Source: an uncultured Planctomycetaceae bacterium (GTDB taxonomy: Bacteria; Planctomycetota; Planctomycetia; Pirellulales; Lacipirellulaceae). From it: a stretch of DNA of 24,000 nt. Every line of letters begins with the position of its first letter. Position 1 is the first letter of the stretch. The stretch is from assembly GCA_937925545.1 (NCBI GenBank), contig CALALR010000040.1:125258-149257 (forward strand). Reading direction: 5' to 3'. Below the pieces are notes generated by a model. That model worked only from the letters and a program-made list of their open reading frames with translations. It ran no database searches and was not told the origin of the DNA. A program made the position numbers and the translations under genes. This document shows, piece by piece, positions 1 to 7,417 of this stretch.

Positions 1-104
1 CGATGCGCATCGAAGCAGTCCTGCGCGATGAGAATTTGTGCCATCTGCTGAGCGACGAGGGTCCTATCCTGGAAGCAGTTTATCAATCCCCGAAGTCTAG
101 GTAA
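1..104 (+). CDS. 3' end of an unidentified upstream gene (partial, runs off the left edge)
   Basis: Frame 3 is open from base 3 to a TAA at 102-104 (..EAVLRDENLCHLLSDEGPILEAVYQSPKSR*). It is too short for domain recognition and ends 17 nt before the sulfatase ATG. Confidence 0.3.
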   Translation, partial: MRIEAVLRDENLCHLLSDEGPILEAVYQSPKSR

Positions 105-121
105 GTGGAGACGCGTGCTCA

Positions 122-1603
122 ATGAACCGTAGGAATTCTCATCTTAGTTATGTGATTTTGGTTTTAGGCTGCTTTACTCTATGCCCAATTCAGTTATCTC
201 GTGCAGATGAAGAGGGCAACGCGGAACTTCCCAACATCGTCATAATTTTCATCGACGACCTGGGATACGCCGATATTGGTCCGTTCGGGGCGAAGGATTA
301 TCCCACACCCAACTTGGATCGAATGGCACAGGAGGGCCGCATTTTCACGGATTTCGTTGCTGCAACCGCGGTCTGCTCGGCTTCCCGGGCAGCCCTGCTC
401 ACAGGATGTTATCCCGAGCGCGTGAGTATCCTGGGTGCATTGCACCCCAACGCGAAAATCGGCATCAATCCGGACGAGTTGACTTTGGCTGAGATCTGTA
501 AACAGCGCGGTTATGCGACTGCGATTTTCGGTAAATGGCATCTTGGCCATTTGCGACCGTTCTTGCCGCTACAACATGGGTTCGATGAGTATTTCGGTCT
601 CCCCTATTCCAATGACATGTGGCCCTTGCATCCAGAGTATGTTAATCTTCCTCCCGAGAAAGCAGATCGTAAGAAGGGTTTTCCTGACCTGCCGCTATTT
701 GACGGCAATCGCATTGCCGATGAAGAGGTAACTGCTGCAGATCAAGCCCAACTGACGACCCTCTATACCGAGCGAGCAGTCAGTTTTATCGATCGCAATG
801 CGGAGCATCCATTTTTTCTCTACGTTCCGCACACCATGGTGCACGTGCCATTGTTCGTATCAGAGAAGTTTGCCGGCAAGAGTGGTGCAGGCCTCTTCGG
901 CGACGTTGTGATGGAAGTTGACTGGTCTGTGGGACAAATTCTCGACGCCATATCGCGGAACAAGCTCGACGAGAAAACGCTGGTGATTTTTACCTCCGAT
1001 AATGGACCTTGGCTGAATTATGGCAATCACGCCGGTTCAGCCAAACCTCTTCGCGAGGGAAAGGGGACCATGTTCGAGGGAGGTTATCGAGAGCCGTGCG
1101 TCATGCGTTGGACCAGCATGATTCCTGCAGGGACTCAATGTGACGAGCTGGCATCGACCATCGATCTTGTGCCCACGATTGCCGAACTGATCGGCGTCGA
1201 ATTTCCCGACGAACGCGTTATTGATGGCAAGAACATTTGGCCGCTAATCTCCGGCGAACCAGATGCGAAAAGTCCCCATGACATTTTTTATTGTTACTAC
1301 GGAGGAGAACTCCACGCGGTCCGTGACCGCCGCTGGAAACTGCATTTCCCCCATGGCTACCGAACTCTGGCAGGTAAACCGGGCGGCAAGGACGGAACAC
1401 CCGTGCCCTATAGCCACCAGAAAACAGGCTTAGAGTTGTACGATTTGAAGCGTGATGTGGGTGAGACACGCAACGTTGTCCGCCAGCATCCTGACATCGC
1501 CACCCGTTTAACCAAAGGTGCCGAGACAGCCCGTGCTGCCCTCGGTGACAAACTGACCAATCGCGAAGGTGCAGAAATCCGCCCGGCTGGAATGAGTGAA
1601 TAG
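122..1603 (+). CDS. Secreted formylglycine-dependent sulfatase (arylsulfatase A / N-acetylgalactosamine-6-sulfatase-like)
   Basis: ATG at 122. N-terminal hydrophobic signal-like segment (VILVLGCFTLCPIQLSRA). Metal-binding IIFIDDLGYADIG. CSASRAALLTG matches the C-x-A-x-R formylglycine motif. GKWHLG and FTSDNGP are typical sulfatase motifs. Confidence 0.9.
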   Translation: MNRRNSHLSYVILVLGCFTLCPIQLSRADEEGNAELPNIVIIFIDDLGYADIGPFGAKDYPTPNLDRMAQEGRIFTDFVAATAVCSASRAALLTGCYPERVSILGALHPNAKIGINPDELTLAEICKQRGYATAIFGKWHLGHLRPFLPLQHGFDEYFGLPYSNDMWPLHPEYVNLPPEKADRKKGFPDLPLFDGNRIADEEVTAADQAQLTTLYTERAVSFIDRNAEHPFFLYVPHTMVHVPLFVSEKFAGKSGAGLFGDVVMEVDWSVGQILDAISRNKLDEKTLVIFTSDNGPWLNYGNHAGSAKPLREGKGTMFEGGYREPCVMRWTSMIPAGTQCDELASTIDLVPTIAELIGVEFPDERVIDGKNIWPLISGEPDAKSPHDIFYCYYGGELHAVRDRRWKLHFPHGYRTLAGKPGGKDGTPVPYSHQKTGLELYDLKRDVGETRNVVRQHPDIATRLTKGAETARAALGDKLTNREGAEIRPAGMSE

Positions 1604-1629
1604 AGTATTTTTTGCACTGCGAAAACTCG

Positions 1630-2913
1630 TTATGTTACTCGCTCCAAAATCAAAGGCCCGACGGTGGGTTTTTCATCAGCAATCTCAATCGCCGCGAGCA
1701 GCATCGCTCGTCCTTCGTCGGCGACGTCTGTCGGGGCAAATAGCCGAGCAAGTGGTTGATTCGTTTCGACCTGATCGCCAAGCCGGACCAGCATTTCGAA
1801 TCCCGTTGAGAGGTCCAATTCGTCTCCCAGTTGCTTGCGACCACCCCGCATGGCGATGACTGCCTGGCCGAGTTTCTCGGCGTTCATAGATGCCACGAAG
1901 CCGCTACGTTCGGCTGGCACATCGCTTGCCGGTGAGACCTTGCGTGGTACGTCCAAGTTTCCGCCTTGAGCGGCGACCATTTCGGCGAATTTCGCACGGG
2001 CCGCCCCGGAGTCTATAGTCTCTTGCAACTTCTGACGGGCTAAGCTGAGGGAGTCCGCCCGCTTGGTGGAGACCAAAAGCTCTGCCCCCAGGGCAAGCGT
2101 CACTTCCATCAAATCAGCCGGGCCCTGGCCTTCCAACGCAGCCACCGATTCGTCCACTTCGACCGCGTTGCCCACCATGCGGCCAAGGGGTTGATTCATG
2201 TCTGTGAGCACTGCGGTAGTCGAGACGTTCATTCTCCGGCCTGTTGCGACCATCGACTCAGCCAGCTCGCGTGCAAGCTCGGCCGTTTTCATGAACGCTC
2301 CGCTGCCGAACTTTACGTCGAGCACCAAAGCCTCGAGCCCCTCGGCCAGCTTCTTGCTCATGATGCTCCCCGTGATGAGCGGAATCGAGGGGACCGTGGC
2401 GGTCACATCGCGCAAGGCATACAACTTACGATCGGCGGGGACAAGATCGGCAGTGGCCCCGCTGATCACGCAGCCTACTTTGTTCACGACAGAGCGCATC
2501 TCATCCATCGAGAGATCCGTGCGAAATCCCGGGATCGACTCAAGTTTATCGAGCGTGCCCCCTGTGGCACCCAATCCGCGACCCGAGATCATCGGCACCT
2601 GCAGATCGCAACAGGCCAACATAGGCGCAAGTGGCAGCGAGACTTTGTCGCCAATTCCCCCGGTCGAGTGCTTGTCGACTTTTGGCAGTCCGCCTGCGGG
2701 CCACTCAAAGCGGGCTCCCGACGCCAGCATGTTGTCCGTCAGAGCCGCAATTTCTGCAGTGGTCATGCCACGCAGATAAATTGCCATCGCCATGGCCGAC
2801 ATCTGATAGTCGGGTACATCTCCCCGCGCATAACCGGTAATAAAATCACCAATTTCAACCGGGCTAAGTTCCTCACCATCGCGTTTCTTGGCAATTGTCC
2901 AGACTGGGTTCAT
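1630..2913 (-). CDS. deoA: Thymidine / pyrimidine-nucleoside phosphorylase
   Basis: ATG at 2913. Length (427 aa) and motifs match the family: DYQMSAMAMAIYLRGMT, DKHSTGGIGDK, SGRGLGATGGTLDKLESIPG. Confidence 0.93.
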   Translation of the reverse strand: MNPVWTIAKKRDGEELSPVEIGDFITGYARGDVPDYQMSAMAMAIYLRGMTTAEIAALTDNMLASGARFEWPAGGLPKVDKHSTGGIGDKVSLPLAPMLACCDLQVPMISGRGLGATGGTLDKLESIPGFRTDLSMDEMRSVVNKVGCVISGATADLVPADRKLYALRDVTATVPSIPLITGSIMSKKLAEGLEALVLDVKFGSGAFMKTAELARELAESMVATGRRMNVSTTAVLTDMNQPLGRMVGNAVEVDESVAALEGQGPADLMEVTLALGAELLVSTKRADSLSLARQKLQETIDSGAARAKFAEMVAAQGGNLDVPRKVSPASDVPAERSGFVASMNAEKLGQAVIAMRGGRKQLGDELDLSTGFEMLVRLGDQVETNQPLARLFAPTDVADEGRAMLLAAIEIADEKPTVGPLILERVT

Positions 2914-2933
2914 AACAAACTTGAGGCTAGAGG

Positions 2934-3758
2934 TTAATCGAGTGATGCAACAACTGCTTGCACAATCCGGGTCACTTTCTCCGTGGCCAACTTTGCCGCA
3001 ACGATCACGTCGTGCCCACTGGTTCCGTTGGGTGCATCCGGCGAGCCGACGTTGGTGATGGTGGACAAACCCAAAACGCGCATGCCGGCGTGGCAGGCAG
3101 CGATTACTTCGGGCACTGTGGACATGCCAACGGCGTCGGCCCCCAGATGACGAGCCATGCGATATTCAGCACGTGTCTCGTAAGTCGGCCCCAGCATGGC
3201 CAGGTACACACCTCGATGCAACACAAAATCTGCACGACGTGCCACCTCAATGGCGATCTCCATGAGTACGCGATCATAAGGAGAAGACATGTCAGGAAAA
3301 CGGGGTCCCAGGTTGTCGTCATTGACGCCGATGAGCGGATTGTCGAACAGCAGGTTCATATGATCGTCGATCACCATGACATCCCCTACGGCATATCTTG
3401 GATTCACCCCACCGGCGGCATTCGAAACGATCAAGGTGTCGGCACCCAAGGCACGGGTAAGCCTCGCGGGAAGGGCTGCTTGCTGAGCACTGTAGCCTTC
3501 ATACAAATGAAATCGACCTTGAAATGCGATCACAGGTACATCCGACAAGCGGCCACAAGTGAGATGTCCCTTGTGCCCCAAAGCCGTCGTGCGGGGAAAG
3601 TGGGGAATATCGCTGTATTCAATCGTGTGCTCGACGGCAATTTCGTCAGCCAGACCTGCCAAGCCGGAACCAAGCATGATTCCAGCACGGGGCGTGACAT
3701 CCCAAAAATGGCGGACAGCGGCGGCAGCAGCAGTGATTTGTTGGGCTACTTCTTGCAT
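2934..3758 (-). CDS. punA: Purine nucleoside phosphorylase, trimeric PunA/PNP type (6-oxopurine-type active site)
   Basis: ATG at 3758. Motifs: GIMLGSGLAGL, GRFHLYEGY, GPTYETRAE, GADAVGMSTVPEV. LSTITNVG carries the Asn equivalent to human PNP Asn243, and SGHDVIV carries the His257 equivalent. Confidence 0.9.
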   Translation of the reverse strand: MQEVAQQITAAAAAVRHFWDVTPRAGIMLGSGLAGLADEIAVEHTIEYSDIPHFPRTTALGHKGHLTCGRLSDVPVIAFQGRFHLYEGYSAQQAALPARLTRALGADTLIVSNAAGGVNPRYAVGDVMVIDDHMNLLFDNPLIGVNDDNLGPRFPDMSSPYDRVLMEIAIEVARRADFVLHRGVYLAMLGPTYETRAEYRMARHLGADAVGMSTVPEVIAACHAGMRVLGLSTITNVGSPDAPNGTSGHDVIVAAKLATEKVTRIVQAVVASLD

Positions 3759-3761
3759 CGC

Positions 3762-4598
3762 CTATTTGCCCTTCGACCGTTCATGAGCCAAGATTCCCAG
3801 CACGAGGGCACGCAGTTTGGGCTCGGCAGAGTTGGCCACAGCGATGATCTCTTCGACATTTGCGGGCTCGAGGCAGTCGGGTAAACACATGTCGGTTACC
3901 ACCGACAGGCCGAACACCCGCATGCCACTATGTACGGCGACGATTACCTCTGGCACGGTCGACATTCCGACGACGTCGGCACCGATTTGCCGCAGAAATC
4001 GATATTCGGCCCGAGTTTCCAGATTCGGCCCGGTCACTGCCACCATCACCCCGCGTTGCACGGGGAAATCTTCCCGACGGGCAATCGCTTGGCCGGCGGC
4101 AATTAATTCAGGTGTGTAAGGTGCGCTCATGTCGGGAAATCTAGATCCCAGACGGTCGTCGTTGATACCGACCAAAGGATTGTCACCCATGAGGTTGATC
4201 TGATCGTCGATGATCATCACATCGCCAGGAACGTAATAAGGATTCAATCCCCCCACGGCATGCGTCACAATCAACAGGTCTGAACCCAGCGACTTCATCA
4301 CTCGCACGGGTAGCGTGATCTGTTGGAGGGGATAGCCTTCGTACTGATGAAAGCGGCCCTCCATCGCCATGACGGGGAGTCCTTCTAACATGCCGCAAAC
4401 CAGACGTCCCCGGTGACTGACTGCTGTTGAGCGGGGAAAGTGGGGGATTTTTTCATAATCAATCACCACCGCTTTTTCAATTCGATCGGCAAACCCACCC
4501 AGCCCCGTGCCCAGGATTATCCCCGCACGCGGAGTCAGGTCCCATTGCTCCCGAATCGCCTCAGCTGCCGCTTGGGCCTGATCGTATAGTTCTAACAT
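3762..4598 (-). CDS. Second PunA/PNP-MTAP-superfamily nucleoside phosphorylase paralog (Asp/Val variant active site)
   Basis: It shares the same motifs as its neighbour (GIILGTGLGGF, GRFHQYEGY, GPNLETRAE, GADVVGMSTVPEV). It reads LSVVTDMC and ANVEEII where the neighbour has Asn and His. I prefer the ATG at 4598 (MLELYDQ..). The track start at 4646 is a TTG inside an AT-rich leader. Its stop lies 3 nt before the next gene's ATG. Confidence 0.85.
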   Translation of the reverse strand: MLELYDQAQAAAEAIREQWDLTPRAGIILGTGLGGFADRIEKAVVIDYEKIPHFPRSTAVSHRGRLVCGMLEGLPVMAMEGRFHQYEGYPLQQITLPVRVMKSLGSDLLIVTHAVGGLNPYYVPGDVMIIDDQINLMGDNPLVGINDDRLGSRFPDMSAPYTPELIAAGQAIARREDFPVQRGVMVAVTGPNLETRAEYRFLRQIGADVVGMSTVPEVIVAVHSGMRVFGLSVVTDMCLPDCLEPANVEEIIAVANSAEPKLRALVLGILAHERSKGK

Positions 4599-4642
4599 GT
4601 TGTAAATATCATTCTGATAGAAACAATGTGATGTAATTAAAA

Positions 4643-4705
4643 GCAAACGAAGTGCGAGACCAAAATTGGTGGGTAAGTGAATAGGTCAGGTCTCGTCTCA
4701 CTTGC
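4643..4705 (-). terminator. Candidate hairpin/terminator between deoC and the PNP paralog
   Basis: AAGTGCGAGACC (4650-4661) pairs with GGTCTCG(TCT)CACTT (4689-4703), giving 5+7 bp with a 3-nt bulge and a 27-nt loop. On the minus-strand RNA the stem is followed by CGUUUGCUUUUAAUU. The long loop and imperfect stem keep confidence low. Confidence 0.3.
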
Positions 4706-4716
4706 TCACCCTCCAC

Positions 4717-5439
4717 CTAATACCCAGTCGAACTTTCGGCTTGGTGACCCCGTTCTCCTTGGGCAATGGCCAGGGTGCCGCTGGTACCTAAGCGACTGGC
4801 TCCTAATTCTACGAATCGCCGTGCATCGGCATAATTTCGAATCCCGCCAGAGGCCTTCACCTGTACTTTGTCACTCGTATGCTGGCACATCAGACGAATG
4901 TCATGCTCGGTGGCACCTGTCGCCTGGAGTGATCCATCCGCATTCTTTACAAAGCCAAAACCGGTGGACGTCTTCACAAAAGCTGCTCCTACTTCTTCGC
5001 AAATCTCACACAACTTGATTTTGAGTGCATCCTCGGGGAGCAGTCCTGTTTCGAAGATGACCTTGGTAATCACTCCTTCGGCAGATGCTGCTTCTACCAC
5101 TGCGGAGATGTCGGATTTCACAAAGGCCCAATCCTGCTGCAGTACCCGACCGATGTTGACGACCATATCAACTTCGCTGGCGCCCAACTGACAGGCGATC
5201 TCCGTTTCGCGAACTTTCGCACCGGTCATAGTTCCCCCGTGCGGAAAACCGATCACCGTGCTCGGAACAACGCTCGAACCAGCGAGCAATTCACTCGCTA
5301 GGGGAACCATCGCTGGCTTGACGCAAACGCTTGCCGTTCCTACCTCGATACACATCGAGCAGGCTTCTCGGAGATCTTCATCGGTTTGTGTTGGACTCAA
5401 CACGGCATGGTCAATTAGGGCGACAACTGATTGAGACAT
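4717..5439 (-). CDS. deoC: Deoxyribose-phosphate aldolase
   Basis: Class I aldolase DeoC pattern: LIDHAVLSP, ASVCVKP, KVIFETGLL, FVKTSTGF (Schiff-base Lys region), KASGGIR. I prefer the ATG at 5439 (MSQSVVAL..). The track start at 5466 is a TTG. Confidence 0.9.
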   Translation of the reverse strand: MSQSVVALIDHAVLSPTQTDEDLREACSMCIEVGTASVCVKPAMVPLASELLAGSSVVPSTVIGFPHGGTMTGAKVRETEIACQLGASEVDMVVNIGRVLQQDWAFVKSDISAVVEAASAEGVITKVIFETGLLPEDALKIKLCEICEEVGAAFVKTSTGFGFVKNADGSLQATGATEHDIRLMCQHTSDKVQVKASGGIRNYADARRFVELGASRLGTSGTLAIAQGERGHQAESSTGY

Positions 5440-5500
5440 TTTGGATTCTCGAGGAACAAAGGACAATTAATGAAGCGATCCGCTTCGCCTCGAAGGGCTC

Positions 5501-5520
5501 GACGTCGCGTCGCGGCTAAC
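5501..5520. repeat. Copy of intergenic motif GACG..GCGTCGCGGCTAAC
   Basis: GCGTCGCGGCTAAC at 5507-5520 is identical to 21887-21900. It is preceded by small GC hairpins (GAAGCG-atc-CGCTTC at 5472-5486, and the palindrome CGACGTCG at 5500-5507). Confidence 0.6.
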
Positions 5521-5561
5521 AATTACTCCCGACTACGGGCAACTGACCACGGACTATAATC

Positions 5562-6335
5562 TTAATATCTAAAGTGCTTAATCTTTTCGCCTTTTTCACC
5601 GATCTCGGTGAGAGATTCGATGCCAATTTCCAAGTGAACGTCAGACCATTTCGTATCGACTTTAACATCGCTTACCTGGGTCTTAATGCCATGTTCGGAC
5701 ATTGGCAAATCCGACACGAGCAACAATGCTCCTCGGGATATTTCGTTCTTATGGCCCACAATAAAAAGTGTAGCGACTTCCATGTCGATTGCGATGGGTG
5801 TGTACTCCACGAGCCTGGCCTTGAAGTTTTCATCATGCTCCCAGACTCGTCGGTTCGTGGTGTAAATCACCCCTGTGCGATAATCAAGTTTGCGCTCCAC
5901 TAGTTTGTCTGACACAAACTTATGTAACTTGAATGATGGTAGGGCAGGGACCAGCTTTGGCAGATAGTCGTCGGAAGTTCCCTCACCTCGTATCGCACCA
6001 ATCGGCAGAATGAAATTGCCGATTTCAGTGGAGGTCTTGAGCCCACCACATTTGCCAAGAAACAACACCGCCTCGGGATGATAGGCCGTAAGTAAGTCCA
6101 TCACAGTCGCTGCATTTGGCGAACCAATGCCAAAATTGACGATTGTCAATCCATCTTCATTTGTCGCCGCCTGCATGGGGCGGTCTTCACCGTGCACTTC
6201 ACAATCAAATTTCTTAGCGAACTTGCTTACATAGGTACGGAAATTTGTCAGCAAGACATAATCACCAAACTTTTCGAGAGGCATCCCGGTGTAACGGGGG
6301 AGCCAATCTCTCGCGAGATCTAGTTTCGTGACCAT
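5562..6335 (-). CDS. Stand-alone AMP nucleosidase catalytic-domain homolog (PNP_UDP_1 fold)
   Basis: ATG at 6335. The sequence aligns by eye to the C-terminal half of E. coli Amn. Matches: LPRYTGMPLEKFGDYVLLTNFRTYVSKF vs LRHYTGTPVEHFQPFVLFTNYTRYVDEF; LTIVNFGIGSPNAATVMD vs ITLVNIGVGPSNAKTICD; GKCGGL vs GHCGGL; AIDMEVATL vs AIDMESATI; LLLVSDLP vs LLCVSDKP. The roughly 200-aa N-terminal regulatory domain is absent. Confidence 0.75.
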   Translation of the reverse strand: MVTKLDLARDWLPRYTGMPLEKFGDYVLLTNFRTYVSKFAKKFDCEVHGEDRPMQAATNEDGLTIVNFGIGSPNAATVMDLLTAYHPEAVLFLGKCGGLKTSTEIGNFILPIGAIRGEGTSDDYLPKLVPALPSFKLHKFVSDKLVERKLDYRTGVIYTTNRRVWEHDENFKARLVEYTPIAIDMEVATLFIVGHKNEISRGALLLVSDLPMSEHGIKTQVSDVKVDTKWSDVHLEIGIESLTEIGEKGEKIKHFRY

Positions 6336-6374
6336 TTTTATGCTGAATCCTTCCTGTTTCTCACTGCGGGATTT

Positions 6375-6857
6375 TTAGTAGGCTATTTTTTCCGGGCTTG
6401 CTTGCCACAAGGCAAATAATTCACGGCATTCTTCCAGCAACAAACCATCGATCAATCTAACGTGGCTGCCACCAATCCGCAGTAGCTCAGCTGCAGGCAT
6501 CTGAAGCTCGTTGAAGCCAGCAGTGTCGGCGTCAGCAATCGTGGCTCCATAGTACACGGTTCCCACGCGGGCCCAATGCAGAGCGGCCATGCACATCGGA
6601 CAAGGTTCGCAGGTGGTCGCTACAATGGCATCAGTCAGAAAAATATTATCGATCGTCTTGCAGCCAACTCGAATAGCATTTACTTCGGCATGAGCGGTGA
6701 TGTCCGTAGTCATGACGACCGTGTTATGTGCCCGCGCGATAACCTCGTCGCCGATAGCAATTGCACAACCAAAAGGACTCTGGCCGTGTGCAATTCCTTC
6801 ACGACAGGTGTCGATGGCAATTCGCATCAATTCAGCGGGTTCGATCATGGTTTGCAC
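6375..6857 (-). CDS. guaD: Cytidine-deaminase-fold purine/pyrimidine deaminase, GuaD-like guanine deaminase
   Basis: Zinc motifs HAEVNAIR and CEPCPMCMAAL. The overall pattern and size resemble B. subtilis GuaD, including a C-terminal ..KIAY* ending in Tyr. The start is either GTG at 6857 or ATG at 6848. Confidence 0.8.
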   Translation of the reverse strand: MQTMIEPAELMRIAIDTCREGIAHGQSPFGCAIAIGDEVIARAHNTVVMTTDITAHAEVNAIRVGCKTIDNIFLTDAIVATTCEPCPMCMAALHWARVGTVYYGATIADADTAGFNELQMPAAELLRIGGSHVRLIDGLLLEECRELFALWQASPEKIAY

Positions 6858-7010
6858 AATAATCTGGAAGGATGATATAACTCCGTTGTCTACTCGTGAC
6901 AGGAGGGCGATACATCTAGATTAGCAGAGTTGGCAATGCGTCGCCTAGCGAAAATCCTTAACGGCATAGGTAGCTTCCGCAATTATTGGGTAAATCTCCA
7001 AGCGACTTTA

Positions 7011-7415
7011 TCAAAAATCGTCCGCAACTTTCCCTTCGGCGATGGCATAGGCCGTCGCATGGCTGCGGCAGTGGGAAATGCTGATATGCATTTTTACGAT
7101 GCCAGACTTCTCGAATACTTCGCGTGCTCCCCCACAAAGCGCGATCGTGGGCGCACCACCAGGCTGGTTGCGGATTTCAATATCTCTCCAACTAATTCCG
7201 CGACGCCATCCCGTGCCAAGCGCTTTGAGTACTGCTTCCTTCGCAGCCCACCGACCTGCGTAGTGCTGTGTTGCCGCCTTCTTAGTAGAGCAGTAGGCAA
7301 TCTCGTGGGACGTATAGACACGGTTGATAAACAACTCGCCATGGCGCTCGATCATTTGCGCTATTCGCAAGCACTCAATGATGTCTGTGCCGATGCCTAA
7401 GATTTGAAGTGCCAC
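7011..7415 (-). CDS. acpS: Holo-[acyl-carrier-protein] synthase (4'-phosphopantetheinyl transferase)
   Basis: Motifs ILGIGTDIIE, RWAAKEAVLKALG, ISISHC. I prefer the GTG at 7415 (giving MALQILGIGTD), which lies 2 nt after the trpS stop. The track start at 7439 is a TTG inside trpS. Confidence 0.85.
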   Translation of the reverse strand: MALQILGIGTDIIECLRIAQMIERHGELFINRVYTSHEIAYCSTKKAATQHYAGRWAAKEAVLKALGTGWRRGISWRDIEIRNQPGGAPTIALCGGAREVFEKSGIVKMHISISHCRSHATAYAIAEGKVADDF

Positions 7416-7417
7416 GG

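Noticed and set aside
1604-1629. Bidirectional terminator between the convergent sulfatase and deoA genes (T-run at 1606-1611)
   Set aside because: Only a 4-bp GAGT/ACTC stem with mismatches can be drawn. The support is insufficient.
2191-3884. Long plus-strand ORFs (2191-2937, 248 aa; 2198-2779; 2958-3884, 308 aa) antisense to deoA and the PNP gene
   Set aside because: They are shadow ORFs typical of GC-rich coding DNA. Their sequences are Arg/Ser/His-rich and low-complexity with no motifs, while the opposite strand carries unmistakable enzyme motifs. The same applies to 13111-13620, 13386-13907, 14772-15254, 18895-19431, 20493-20927 and 22904-23449.
4599-4646. Track-extended N-termini starting at TTG or GTG: PNP paralog 4646, deoC 5466, acpS 7439, moaA 13805, membrane protein 18921, folE 19692
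   Set aside because: In each case an in-frame ATG (or the GTG for acpS) further in gives an N-terminus matching family norms. The extension would run through AT-rich leader, a hairpin repeat or the upstream gene. The moaA ATG also creates an ATGA stop-start overlap.
1630-6857. Possibility that the phosphorylase/nucleosidase/deaminase cluster is a nucleotide-depletion anti-phage system
   Set aside because: All six proteins have housekeeping lengths and intact canonical motifs. There are no sensor, kinase, TIR/STING/CBASS-type or regulatory partner genes, and deoC and deoA point to catabolism or salvage. I see no sequence support for a defence role.
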